Below are positions 1 to 13,809 of a stretch of DNA of 64,000 nt, one piece after another. Each line of letters starts with the position of its first letter. Positions within the stretch are counted from its first letter, which is position 1. A program made the translations under genes and the position numbers. The notes under the pieces were generated by a model. It was not told where the DNA came from. It saw only the letters and a program-made list of their open reading frames with translations, and made no database searches. The DNA comes from Octopus vulgaris (lineage: Eukaryota), in assembly GCA_951406725.2 (NCBI GenBank), contig OX597818.1, positions 112,158,001-112,222,000 on the forward strand. The letters run 5' to 3'.

Positions 1-659
1 TTCTGGATTAATATATTACTTACATGTATGGGACTACGCATGATTTTCAATGAATAATTACTAGACAGGTCCATGCACAATATCTTCTATAGTTTACGAA
101 CATCTTTCTATGTATAAAATTGATTTTGCCCTGATCAGCTTGCTATCATTCTAAACCTGATGATCAACATATAACCAGAATCGAATTGTAAGACAGTTTA
201 AAGAGACACAGATTCAATTAACACAGATGTTATCCAGTCATGATTTTGATTTTGCTAACAATGAAATTTTCAATTGCATCTTTACTCGAGATAATATGAA
301 ATCTCTGAGACGTTTACGTCAGTTTGGGCCAATTTAAAAAAGTTAATGGAAGCTTACCAAGTAAGACAGTTTCTAAAGTAATCTATTATGATTATTCCAA
401 GCGGAAAGAATACTATAAAATTAAGATAAGATATATTCTGTTAGATTAAAATGACTTTCAATCAAATAAATCATTAGTGCAGAAATATGGGTGAGCTTTG
501 ATGCGAATAATGATTAAGAGGCAGCGATTAAATATATATATTTGAAACCTCACAAAAGGTTAGTCAAAAGAATATAGTATAAATAGTATTGAAACAATTG
601 TAAAGAGACTATATCGTTAAATAAATGAATATGTACACAACGATATAGAGATGGATAAT

Positions 660-917
660 AAGTAAATAACTGCGCCCTTTTAAAGCCTAGCCAGGCTCAT
701 GGTCCCGGTTTCCCTTTTCATTGGCGTATGTGTTCCCCAGCTGGACCAGAAGCCAGTCCGTCACAGCTTTACTCATTTATGCAAGCTGAGTGGACTGGAG
801 CAACGTGAAATGAAGTGTTTTGCTCAAGAACACGACACATAGCCCGGTCCAGGAAGCGAAACCACAATCTTACGATGCTGCTGCTGACACCCTAACCATT
901 AAACCACAGGCATTCAC
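660..917 (-). mobile_element. tRNA-derived SINE, family D (CORE-like plus V-domain-like body)
   Basis: Minus strand: tRNA-like head TGGTTTAATGGTTAGGG...GGTTTCGCTTCC, then GTGTTCTTGAGCAAAACACTT (CORE-like), then CCACTCAGCT...AAATGAGTA...GACGGACTGGC...GTCCAG...GAAACCGGG resembling the V-SINE domain (recalled, not searched). Confidence 0.7.
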
Positions 918-2107
918 ATAGTGATGATACAATATTATAAATAAAATAACAATGTAGGCATTAGAAGTATTCGTGTTGTAAGGCGAGGAACTTTAATTAA
1001 AATAAAACATTGACAAATATATAATTATTTGAATGACCGACATGAAAAAGTAAGGCTTTTGTAAATAAATACCTGATGTTATACGAGTGCCAGGATGTGG
1101 AATGTACCGAGGACACCTCCTGCATGGCAGAACAACGATATAGAAGATTTAAGCACAGATGCTTTAGTAAGACAAAATAGTTTTAGTTAATTAAAATTAA
1201 TATCAATCTTCTGGAGAACAAATAATTAACTAAATGATTAAATTCTGCAGAAGTAAAGCAGAAAAGTTTGTAAAGTCAATCCCGAAGTTTAAGATAATTA
1301 AAGTTAATAAAATATTCATGGCCTGGTTTCAGAATCGAACATTATTTCTGACACAGTCTGTTAGAGGAGGCTGCTAGTTCTTATTATAAGTAGAAGTGAA
1401 ATCAACAATATCGTATCTGGAAGATAGACATTTATGACAGTTGTTTCTAATTTTGTTGCGACACTATACATTTCGTTACCATCGATTTAATGGACACGTT
1501 CCAATCACACACTCACACACGTAAAATGTCAACTGAAGTAAATGGCGCTTGTCATTCCTAACGACTCAAAAAACATTATCATTACAAGCAGCATATTCGA
1601 TATTAACGATTATTTTCCCTTGCATTCATCACACATACATTATACTGAACTGCCCTACTACAGAAACCACTCGGTTGCGTTTCATCATTGCTGTGACCTC
1701 TCAGAGCTACATGATAAGAAACACAACATACATAAATATCGCAAGTGGAGGAAGATATCCTTCCTGGTATAAAAAGTGTTGAAGTATTTAAAGCTTCTAT
1801 CTTGATAAATAAGGTCTAATCCTTTTTTTTTAAGCCAACTCGGGAAAAACCACTAATTATTTATAGCAATAAACTTTTGGTTAGATTCTCCATTTTGGCA
1901 GCTAGTATGACGTCCGTCTTAAGAGGATAAAGAAGTAGGTCTGTTCCCTGTAACCGTCCATCGACCACCGCGTGTTTATGGATCGAATGATAAATATGAT
2001 TGTTAAAATAGGAAAATAGGCCACCCCAACATTTCCTCAGAATCACATGTAAGCTGGCGAGAATATATGCATAATTATCCGCAATGTATGTGCATTGTGT
2101 GTGTGTG

Positions 2108-2144
<37 letters not shown>

Positions 2145-2583
2145 AACAAATGAGAAAAAGAGAGATTGGAATTCACGAGATTCTTTATTTGCCACAATGA
2201 TCGTTTCGACCCACCTTGCATCTGTCTCACGCTGATGAGAACCTGGATAACTGGTTGTGCAGCATCATCATTCGGTGCGGATGTATCAGGTGAGGTGACA
2301 TTTCAGAAAGTTTGTAATAACATTCCGAACCACGATACTCTGTATTCAACTAGCTACAGGCAAATGAGGAAATGTAAAATTATGGAACTAAGCAAAACCC
2401 AGTTTACTGAGCGAGGTGCCTTTTGTAAAGTCACCATAACGGGATACATCTCTACCGAATTATGCACCGCGACCAGCTCTCCGGAACCTCATCCACGAAT
2501 GGCTGATGTAAAAATGGGTCGAAACGATCGTTCTGAACAATAAAGAATCTCGTGAATTCCATTCTCTCTTTCTTTCATTTGTT
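2145..2583. repeat. Imperfect inverted repeat (~165-bp arms), PLE pseudo-LTR-like
   Basis: 2145-2310 aligns to the reverse complement of 2420-2583 (e.g. GGAATTCACGAGATTCTTTATT / AATAAAGAATCTCGTGAATTCC). Each arm has GGGTCGAAACGATC followed by AATAAA. Confidence 0.8.
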
Positions 2584-3075
2584 ATATTCTCGATGAACAT
2601 GAAGGAATTCTTGAAGTAAATTCAGTGGTACTTATGTGTGTGTGTGTAGAAAGAGAAAGACGATGATAGAGAGGGAGACATGTAGATACATGCATACATA
2701 GTATGGAGGGTATATATCATATAACAAATATATTATGAATATATAATATATAATATACATATGTCCACATTATATATATATATAGGGAGTATAACTCCAA
2801 AATTACAGGGAAAAATTCAATTTAGTATTAAATCAAATTTGACAATATAAATATATAATATATAAATTAGAGAAAAACCGCTATTATGTAATTCAATCAA
2901 TGATAAGCATAAATCAAATCATAAAGAAAAAAATAAAATATACTTTTGAAAAACATATAAATAGATCACAAAAAGTACAAAAATGAATAAACAATATATA
3001 ATAAGTAATAAGTAAATCCTCAGTAATTTCCCTTTGTTTTAACGGTCATTTTCATAGCATTTTTTTCGATGGCCC

Positions 3076-3136
3076 GATAACTGAAGAAATGCCGGCGTGG
3101 TTTTCCGCCCCGACATCCAAATTTGGGAATTTTATC
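3076..3136 (+). ncRNA. Degenerate hammerhead ribozyme, long-stem-II family
   Basis: GATAA-CTGAAGA-AATGCCGG...CCGACATCC-AAAT...AT-T-TTATC. Stem I GATAA/TTATC; GAAA is damaged. Homologous to 32316-32375 (-). Confidence 0.5.
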
Positions 3137-3236
3137 ATGGCTACCAAATAATTGTCACATATTGTATTTACAGATAAATTCCTCTATTTACATAATATTG
3201 AGGTATCATTCATTCTTTTGTTGTCTTGCCATTTCT

Positions 3237-3274
<38 letters not shown>

Positions 3275-4143
3275 GAGAGAGAGAGGAGGAGATAGGAAAG
3301 AGAGAGAGTAAGACAGTAAGAGATGATCTTAAAAGATATTGGCTTTCAAGATATATTCCTTAGTAAATTCTACAAAACCACACCCGTTAAAGATGCATAT
3401 GTTTTATGATTTAATATATTATATTTTCTGAAATTTTGGTTATATATTGTTCCCGATTATTTTGCATTTCAGAGGTCTTCAATTCTTACCGAACAATTTC
3501 CTTTTTACAGTTATAATTGCATGTCTTATATTACAAAATTTAAAGAATAGCATGATGTCAGCTAGCGTTTATTGTAATACACGCATTATCTTACGTTTAT
3601 TTTTATCACATCTTCTTACATTTATGAGAATGTATTGACATTGGGTTATTTTCCACTCTTTATATCCATCTCTCGGTTCCTATCAAGTTATTGAACGGTT
3701 TTCATGATTGAATCAATCTTGAAGGATAAATAATTTTTCGCGCATAATTCTAAACCTATATCGTTCACGAATCTCTATGGGTGAGACATCCGTTGTCACG
3801 TTCCATTTCTTCATGTTATCATTAATCTCATTTATCATAACTTATAAAGATATGTATTCTGGACACATTTTAGATTGTTGCTTGCTGAAAGCGCTCTCTT
3901 GAATATTTTTTTTCTAATGATGTTCACGAACTGTGCGAGGAAATTTTGCTCGTTTTAATATACATGAATGGTTTTTTTTTTAAATTGCGGAAAACAGAGC
4001 TTGTCAGTGTGTTTATTCTCTCGCTGTCAATGTGTTACCGTGTATCGAAATACACACATTCACACATATTTTATCAGTAATTTTACCGCTGTCAAATCAT
4101 TTATATATCCATATACATGCGTGAAGTTCATATATTAAGACGC

Positions 4144-4168
4144 ATATGTATATATACACTTAGATACA

Positions 4169-4215
<47 letters not shown>

Positions 4216-4249
4216 TATATTATATATGTATGAATCTCTCTCTCCCGCT

Positions 4250-4306
<57 letters not shown>

Positions 4307-4308
4307 AA
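4144..4308. repeat. (TA)n microsatellite cluster
   Basis: Directly visible dinucleotide runs. Confidence 0.95.
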
Positions 4309-4659
4309 TCTGCAATGAACATACAAATATATGCAGAGTAGTTATGTGGCTGTTGGTGGGGTGAGATATTAAAAAGGAGTAAATAACAACAGATTGGAGC
4401 AAATAAATGAAATTTGGATTCATAATTCGCTTGGGTTCTGGATGAAAACAATTTTAATAATCTCCGTAAAAATTGACAGAAAACCAATACAAGATTTTTC
4501 AAGAAAGAACTCTTGATTTTCATGGCTAAAATAAAATTATATTTATTTTTTTTTGAAATTATCTTACTTCCTACTCCAAATACATGCTAAAGCACACACA
4601 AACATACCTACATATCTACATACATAAATGCATACGTGCACATGTATACTCCTAATACA

Positions 4660-5110
<451 letters not shown>

Positions 5111-5457
5111 CAAAATGTAGAGGCAATATTTCTCTCCAAAATTTGCTCATGTCGACCATTATTTTTGGGAAACAATACCTGAATATCTAATTGTGTGTGT
5201 TATTATATTAGGCCATATGTTCTTATAAATATGCATGGTTTACGCGCTACGCATATAACAGCTCAATTTATCATCTCTCAAATTTCTTCTCAGCGGAACA
5301 AATAAGTGAATTACTTGTTCATATATCAAGAAAATAAAAACAAATACTGCAACAAGATTGTCATTTGTGCCTTGGAAATTTAGATTTCTTAAAGGAAAAT
5401 ATGAGGAAAAAATATTTTATGGTTTGATACGAAGGCATGCGTCAACGTGACATGTGC

Positions 5458-5815
5458 ATGTATATATGTATGTATGTATGCATGCATGTATGTATGTATG
5501 TATGTATGTATGTATGTATGTATGTATGTATGTATGTATGTATGAATGAATGTATGTATGTATGTATGAATGAATGTATGTATGAATGTATGAATGTATG
5601 AATGAATGTATGTATGTATGTATGTATGTATGAATGAAGGTATGTATGTATGAATGTATGTATGTATGTATGAATGAATGTATGTATGTATGTATGTATA
5701 TATGTATGCATGTATGTATGTATGTATGTATGTATATATGTATGTATGTATGTATGTATGTACGTATGTATGTATGTATGTATGTATGTATGTATGTATC
5801 TATGAATGTATGTAT
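5458..5815. repeat. (TATG)n/(TGAA)n tetranucleotide array
   Basis: Directly visible. Confidence 0.97.
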
Positions 5816-5819
5816 CACA

Positions 5820-8000
5820 GTATTCTACTGGTGACCGTTTCTTTCTTTTATCCTGATTTGCATCTTCCTGTCCGCTATCATTCTGGTTCAAGCCTCTCCT
5901 GCATTTCGCCATTCCGTCTTCATGTATTCTTCGATGTCGATTCCAGCAGTTTTTCTCAGTTATTCTCATAAAATTCTTTCTGTTGTTCTGTTCTGTTTCC
6001 CACAACAATTAGAACTTTTTCTTTCTTCATATTGTATCCCTAACTTTTCTCTTTTTCATTTTCTATATTTCGTTGCTCTCGTATGTGCTTGGGAGCTCAT
6101 ATTGATTGAAAGCTCGCCGTTTTTGATTTAAGATATATTGCTGTATCTTCTGAAAAAATTTCATCCTGGCAACACACTAATTCTCAAATCATCTGTATTT
6201 CACATATCAACTTTGTGACCTAGATTTTTATCACTATTTTCTTTGTCTATTACAGCCTTTTCTATTCTTATCGTCGTTTATCATATACTTGATCGTTTCT
6301 TGGTCTTCGTTCAACAACACACTTTTACTCGCTCGATATGCGTTTACGTAGAAACATTTTTAATTCCCTGCCTACATTTATAAAGAGTTTTATGTCATCC
6401 ATCTGTCAAGTACTTTCCTTGTATCATTGTTTCTCCTTGCTCCAAATCTGTTTTCTTGAATATTTCTTACAAGGCGTGGATGAAGATCTTAAGACTAACG
6501 GGACCTCCTTCCCTGACACTTTATTGTACGAGCATTGTATCCGAACAGCCATTATTCTGCTGTGTGTATATAATTGTTTGCGGATCTGAAGATCCTTTTA
6601 AGGTTGTCATTGTTGTTCTGATTTATGCCTATTTTAAAGGGAACATCGGTAAAGGTTTTACCCTGTATTAAGTCAAAATCTGTGCATTGTCTATACACCC
6701 TATGCTGGTTTATACCAATTCTCACTTAACATTCTCGTGACTTGATTTGATTATAGAAGAACTGTTTTGGAGAATTTCCTACTAAAGCATGTCCGTTCTG
6801 TTGGTTTATTTTCTTTAAACCCATTCAGGTGTGTATGATTTTGACGTTAAACTTGGACAACTAAAATTAATCAACTGCTATGCCTATCAAGTTCATATCT
6901 TGCCTTTATCTCGCTGTACGATCTTATCTCCCTTTCAAAAACCAAGGATTTTGTTTGTTGTTAGCTTCCCATCAGTTGCTTCATCATTCTTATTGATTTT
7001 CTACCGATTTTCATTTTGATGTGACATTATCGACTCCCAGAGCTTTACACCTTTTACAATTTTTAATGCGTTAATACGTTCATACTTTCATCTGGAGAAT
7101 AGGCATTAATTACTTTTGGTCTCTTGGTTGAGACTTCATTTACCATTTGAGAGTTTACTCCTGATAAAATTATGAAGGTATCTTTAATAATTCCATTCTA
7201 TCCTCCGTGAAATTACAATTTATTTCCTTTTTCGATGTTTTTCTTTCTTTTAGGATTCCCCTGTTCGCCATATTTTTTACAAACATTTTTCTCCCTTTAT
7301 CTCTATCATCTTAGATTGTGTTCCGATTTCCCCGTTCCCAGTGTTCTGTTTTATGCTGAATAAAAATCTGCTCTATATGTTTCAGCTATTTTTTCAAGCA
7401 TTTTAACCTTCCTATTTTTTCATCCACCTTTATCTTACCAATTTCTTTATTTCCTGGCATGAGTAGCAATCCACTCTTTCATGATCGATTGACTTATTCA
7501 GTCTTAACGCTTGAAAATTAATTAATAGTTCTACTTGGAAATCTTTTACAGAAAACTTATTTTATGTATTTTGTTTTTTATAATCTTGAATTTTACTAAT
7601 TTTCTACATATTTGAATTTTTGCTTTAACTGTTTCATGGCTGCTTTCTCTATGTATACCATTGTCCTGAAATAAGAAATAGTTAAGATAACATCTCTTGT
7701 CAATTTTGATGTTCTTATCGTATGCAATTACCATTCTTCTTATACAGTTTCAGATTAAAATATACCAATTCCTGACCTCTCACATCTCGCCTTTCATTCC
7801 TAATTCTTTCAAGGGTATCTGATTCCCCTCATATCAGCTTCTCCCATTTGACAAGAAAATCACGCTTAGTTACTACACATCTGGATCAGTATCGTCCAAT
7901 GATTTCTTTACTCCAACATAAATTTCCTCTTTCCTTCATCTTCACCATTTACTGTTCTTCCTTATACTTCTGTGACTTCTCTGGCCTCTCCCTTCAAGAT
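5820..8000 (-). mobile_element. Highly decayed RTE-like LINE (RT and endonuclease remnant)
   Basis: Minus-strand remnant VREGGPVSLKIFIHAL-EIFK near 6455-6520 (cf. GVRQGDPLSPKLF...EIF of RTE RTs); C-terminal WNRHRRIHEDGMAK...KRKKRSP (cf. WAGH...R...GRP); 3' end abuts a tetranucleotide array. Many stops and frameshifts; 5' boundary approximate. Confidence 0.55.
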
Positions 8001-9310
8001 CCCTCTCCAGACTGTTGAATATATCCGATTAGTCACAGAAAAATTAGTATATATTGTTTCATCTTTAGTACTCATCTATGTTTTTTTATTCTTTTTACTT
8101 TGTCCATTATCTTTATCTTTATATATAACCAAGGGACTTCATTCAGTTTTGCTTGCTAGCAAGAGATGTTCCAGCTAGCCTTTGTTAATTTGCTCTCTAG
8201 CAATCCACGATCCCTTCCACCTTGAAAGCTCGTGTATGAAACAAAACGTTCACACACATTAATGACATTCCTACGTTTCCTCTCATCTGTCACATAACTT
8301 CCTTTCAGATGAAGCCATGTACTTTCATCTTTAGTCACGTCTGTGCTCACCTAAAGTCAGTGAGGTTTGCATCCGTTCCTCTTTCACTAGTCAACGATAT
8401 AAGATTCAATATCAAACAGAAATTTTGAGACATCACTGAGCGTTTATTAACGGTGATAGATAATCTGTCCGTCTAACGTCTACATTTTGCATTATCTTAG
8501 AATGTTCGTTTCCCTTGATAAATAAGTTCTTCTTCAAATTTATTTCAAAGTTGTAAGATGCAGCTTTTAAAGTTATGTACTTAAGTACTCGATTAAAACG
8601 ACTGATGCCATATTGACTTCTTTGAAATATTTTTTACAATATTTATTATTAATCTGATAAATTCTTTTTTGTTCTTCCCTGGTGATATTTGAAACTTATT
8701 GACGCCTGCAATGCAACGATATCACCGACCTTCAATCTCTCTATTATCATAATACTTTCGATCACATGATGAGTTCCACTGTACGTACATTATCCACCCA
8801 GGAAAGTAAATGTGATTTTGATTGATACTCTACTTCATAAGGATAATTTTTGATATTTCAATCCAATACCATATGTATCCACAAAACAACTTCATATATT
8901 CACGTACCTACACCAGAAAAATGTAATGATCACACACGAATACCTGAATGTTGTACATTTTAATCTGCAATTTTGTACTTTCAAGTTTTCAGTTCCAACA
9001 GGCCTGGGGTAACTCAGAATTAATCCAACGATATACGGAATATATAAAAGTGAACAGCTTCTATATTGAATACTTCAGATTCACAGAAACAGAATGAATT
9101 TCTTATGAATTATATTAGATTTTGCTATATATCCCACAGAATATTATTTCTGCGATCTCCTACAAGACAGAATATGAATATTTCGTGTACGGAATATAAG
9201 TACACAAATAAACATAAAGAAATATGTGTATGTAAAAATATGTGTGGATGTGTATGCATATATGAATAGAGGCCTACATATATATACCTTAGTCTATAAA
9301 TATGCGAGCG

Positions 9311-9377
<67 letters not shown>

Positions 9378-9590
9378 ACATATAAAATAATTTTTTGTGT
9401 AATAAGATAAAAACCCAAGGGTGTGTAGATATTAGAACATTTATAAATAGAAGGTCTTACAGCCGTTTCCCTTCATCGGAGACGAATTTAGATACAATGC
9501 AAAATAGAGAGTGAAGTGGAGGAAAGAAAATAGATGTGAGATATGTAGGGATATTGAATTTGTAGATCCAGTTTTTAGACATACATACAT

Positions 9591-9633
<43 letters not shown>

Positions 9634-10460
9634 TACATACATATATAAATACATACATACATACGGATATATAAATATATATGTATATAAATATGTGTGT
9701 GTGGCGATAGATATATAGAAAATAGATAATACATACGCACACCCTCGCACGCACACATGCATACATTCCTACGCACATACACATCCTATGCATAATTCAA
9801 GCACACCGAAGTAACAAAAAAAATGTTATGGAGCAAGCAGGAACCATTTGGACATTACAAGACTGGGAGAACGTCTTCTGCGTCATGTAGGTTTCCTTGG
9901 CACGGTTGAGGCATTATCGTATGACTGAAACCGTTTCAATTACCTTCCCAAGTGTGTGGAACTTAAGTTGCCCATCGAGTTACTTTACTGTACTGTATAT
10001 ATTACAATTGTGGCTCTGAAATCACTTCAGAGCTTCAGGTTGTTCCATCTTTCAACAAACGAGCAATAAACATAGGCAAATGAGAAATAGAGATACAGAG
10101 AGAAAGCTAAATAAATTGTGAGAAAGAAATGATCGTATAAAATTCTAGATGGACACATAAACCAATAGATAAATCGATTAATGTATAAGAATATCTGGTT
10201 TCTCATGTTTTATCACCATTTAATCCACATATATGGTTAGTTAAAAGCTTGCCATGCACGTCAGTCAAGAATCCTCCGACTTCAGAGATGTATGTCATGT
10301 GTTTGAAGTTAATGGTGTCATGTTTTAAATAGAACACTGTCGTAATAATATATCCTATAAAGATTTAGATTCAGATGTGTGTATGTATGCATATGGGAGT
10401 GTGTGGTGTGTGTGTACGCGCGCGTGTGTTTGTATTATGTTTATTATATACATACACACA

Positions 10461-10514
<54 letters not shown>

Positions 10515-10654
10515 TATATTTATCTAAATATGTGTAAATATTTATATATATATATATTTACACATATATATATTTACACATAGACATGTATATGTATATA
10601 GTTGCATATTTATATACGTATACACGCATGTGTGTATAGGTGATTTACATATAT

Positions 10655-10703
<49 letters not shown>

Positions 10704-10754
10704 TGCTTACTTCTGTATCTTGAGAATGGGATTTATATATATATATATGTACAC

Positions 10755-10774
10755 TATCTATCTATGTATCTATG

Positions 10775-10834
<60 letters not shown>

Positions 10835-10858
10835 CATCTATCTATCTATCTATATATG

Positions 10859-10919
<61 letters not shown>

Positions 10920-10920
10920 G
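10755..10920. repeat. (TATC)n microsatellite
   Basis: Directly visible. Confidence 0.97.
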
Positions 10921-11466
10921 TGTCCATGTGTGTATTCGCGAACGGTTATGGAATTAGACGGCTCTGTTTGTATATGGAATCAGACATCAATATGAATCAA
11001 ACATCATAAACATCATAAACAGCTTTGTTAGCAAGACATGAAGAAACATAAAAATTTGTAGAACCATCATATTTATAAAAGTATATGAAAATATACTAAA
11101 ATATAGGAATTTGTCGGAGTGACTTTGATGGTATTTGGGTACAAGTAATAAATAGAGTCTACTGGAAAATGGGAGAATATATTTATAAATACTTCATCCA
11201 TTGTATATATAACCTTACACACACATGCGCTCGTGGTGGCGTTCCAGTATGGCCTCAGCTACAGGGCTGAAACGAATAGAAAAATAAATGTATACATGGA
11301 CACATCTTCACAAACATCTTTCACGCACACAGAATATATGTATAGGTAGGTATTTTTATACACACATTTATATATTTACCTACATGCATGTATATGCGCG
11401 CTCATGAAGTTTGATGCATACATGTGTGTTTCATGTTTTCGATACCAGCTTAGGAGCTTGGTCAGG

Positions 11467-11700
11467 AAGGTGGCGAGCTGGCAGAAACGTTAGCACGCCT
11501 GGCGAAATGCGTAGCCGTATTTCGTCTGACGTTACGTTCTGAGTTCAAATTCCGCCGAAGTCGACTTTGCCTTTCATCCTTTCGGGGTTGATAAATTAAG
11601 TACCAGTTATGCACTGGGGTCGATGTAATTAACTTAATCCGTTTGTCTGTCCCTGTTTGTCTTCTCTGTGTTAGCTCCTTGTTGTTAATAAAGAAATAGG
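11467..11700 (+). mobile_element. tRNA-derived SINE family A (Meta-domain-like), tail type 1
   Basis: A box TGGCAGAAACGTTAG, B box GAGTTCAAATTCC, central GCCTTTCATCCTTTCGGGGT.GATAAATTAAGTACCAG; at least 9 similar loci in the window. Confidence 0.9.
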
Positions 11701-12078
11701 TGCTTAGCCAGGAGGTTATAGGTTGGAAGGAAAAAAGAAATGTTTGTCTGTCTATTATAATTTTTCATGCCGTACATTCATTTCCTACATAAAGATTGAA
11801 GTTATGCTCTTCTAAATATATTTTGATATCTCATCCCTTTTTCTAAATATTGTCATTTGTTTATTATCTAGGAAATTTCACATGCAGCTATACATTACTC
11901 CAGAATCGGATGCACATTTCTTGCATATAGAAATCCAACGATTATAGAATGGCATTTTGCAATCGCCTTGTTGCCTATAGTTCCTCAACGCTTTGACAAT
12001 ACATGAGGATTTATCTTCAAAAATTAATAATTATTCTGCTTTTCATTGCGTTACTTAGATCGTTGGTAACGTTTTTAT

Positions 12079-12608
12079 GTGCTTAATTTATAAACCCCGA
12101 AAGGATGAAATGCAAAGTCGACCTCGGCGGAATTTGAACTCAAAACGTAAAAACAGACGAAATACTGCTAAGCATTTCGCCTGGCGTGTTAACGTTTCTT
12201 ATTTCTTTATTGCCCACAAGGGGCTAAACATAGAGGAGACAAACAAGGACAGACAAACGGATTAAGTCGATTACATCGACCCCAGTGCGCAACTGGTACT
12301 TAATTTATCGACCCCGAAAGGATGAAAGGCAAGGTCGACCTCGGTAGAGTTTGAACTCAGAACGTAACGGCAGACGAAATACCTATTTCTTTACTACCCA
12401 CAAAAGACTAAAGACAGAAGGGACTAACAAGGGCAGACAAACGGATTAAGTCAATTATATCGATCCTAGTGCGTAACTGGTACTTAATTTATCGACCCCG
12501 AAAGGATGAAAGTCAAAGTCGACCTCGGTGGGAATTTGAACTCAGAAGGTAACGGCAGACGAAATACCGCTAAGCCGGCGTGCTAACGTTTCTTCCAACT
12601 AGTCGTCT
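12079..12608 (-). mobile_element. SINE family A head-to-tail trimer
   Basis: Three successive units (12384-12608, 12200-12383, 12079-12198), each containing CCCCGAAAGGATGAAA on the plus strand. Confidence 0.9.
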
Positions 12609-12612
12609 CAAA

Positions 12613-12649
12613 ATACAACCGGTTTCGATGTATCCATCTTATCAAATAT
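12613..12649 (-). ncRNA. Minimal hammerhead ribozyme with mutated core, at the end of a PLE-like remnant
   Basis: ATAT-TTGATAA-GATG(GATA)CATC-GAAA-CCGG-T-T-GTAT. Stems I and II pair, stem III is palindromic, and the core is two transitions from CTGATGA. Confidence 0.65.
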
Positions 12650-13459
12650 CAACAAGAGATTTTTTATGAAGTGAAAGGGAAAAAATATTTGGGGTTACCA
12701 GGTTGTAATACGTGTTTTAGTGTAAAGAAAATCTTTACTGTAGAGTCACTCCTTATATGCGCTTTGTCTATGTACATTTGGGGTGGGGTTCATAAGTTCA
12801 GGAATTCTATTGAAAAGAAGTGTTTTGAATTGATAGTAGGTTTCTATTCAGGATTTGGCAAGCTGTGTGTGTATGTGTGTGTGTGTGTTTGGAATATGTT
12901 GTCAAAACATTTTTCTTTTTTTTTCCTTTTTCTGCAAAGGGTTTCGAAAAAATAATTTGTCTTCTTTGTTTGTGTCTATGTGTGTTGTTTTCGTTTATGG
13001 AAATATGTTTGGCATATTTTGGTGGCTGTGTATATGTGTATGTTTTAGATTTTGTTGATAATGTATTGTGTGTGTGTGTGTGTGTGTGTGAGTGTGTGTA
13101 TGAGTGAGTGTATGTGTGTGTGTGTGAGTGTGGCAGATCCTTAGTTGATGATTGACAGTGGGTGTTTAGATATTTAGTTTTGGTCTAAATTTGTTAAAGG
13201 ATTTGGTGAATTTGTGTGTATGTTTGTTTGTTTGATGTGTGTCTGTGTATTTTCAGTGGTGTTTGTGTGTGTGTATGTATATGTGTTTTTTTTGTTTTTC
13301 GAAGTATATTTTGTAATTTGTAGTGTGTGGGGTTATGTTGTGTTTGTGTGTGACAGGTCCTCATTTAATGATTATCGGTTACTGCTTTAAATATTTAGAT
13401 GTGGTTTATATTTCTTGAATACTTTTTCTTTGTTTACTCTGTTGTTGGAAAAAATATAC

Positions 13460-13546
<87 letters not shown>

Positions 13547-13547
13547 G

Positions 13548-13746
13548 TTAATCCAAACATGAAAGCACAAAAAAAAAACACAACGCGAGGACGTTGAACA
13601 AATGTAGTATTATTGGACGGTCAGGAAAGAAGGAAAGAAGGAGGGTTTAACGTTTCGAGCGGAGCTATTCGTCGGAAACATTGGAGAAGGAAAGATCCAG
13701 AGAAGGGAAGACAGAGGAAAACAATCGCCAACGGTACACACGAGGT

Positions 13747-13750
<4 letters not shown>
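13548..13750 (-). mobile_element. Short hammerhead-bearing element, family E (PLE-derived / retrozyme-like)
   Basis: Homologous to 60058-60252; hammerhead fold at 13645-13679; microsatellites on both sides. Confidence 0.75.

Positions 13751-13807
<57 letters not shown>

Positions 13808-13809
<2 letters not shown>

Noticed and set aside
2232-2262. CTGATGA-GAACC...GGTT as a plus-strand hammerhead
   Set aside because: No GAAA follows the hairpin.
12079-12608. CRISPR-like or satellite array
   Set aside because: Units are SINE copies without unique spacers; eukaryotic context and no cas genes.
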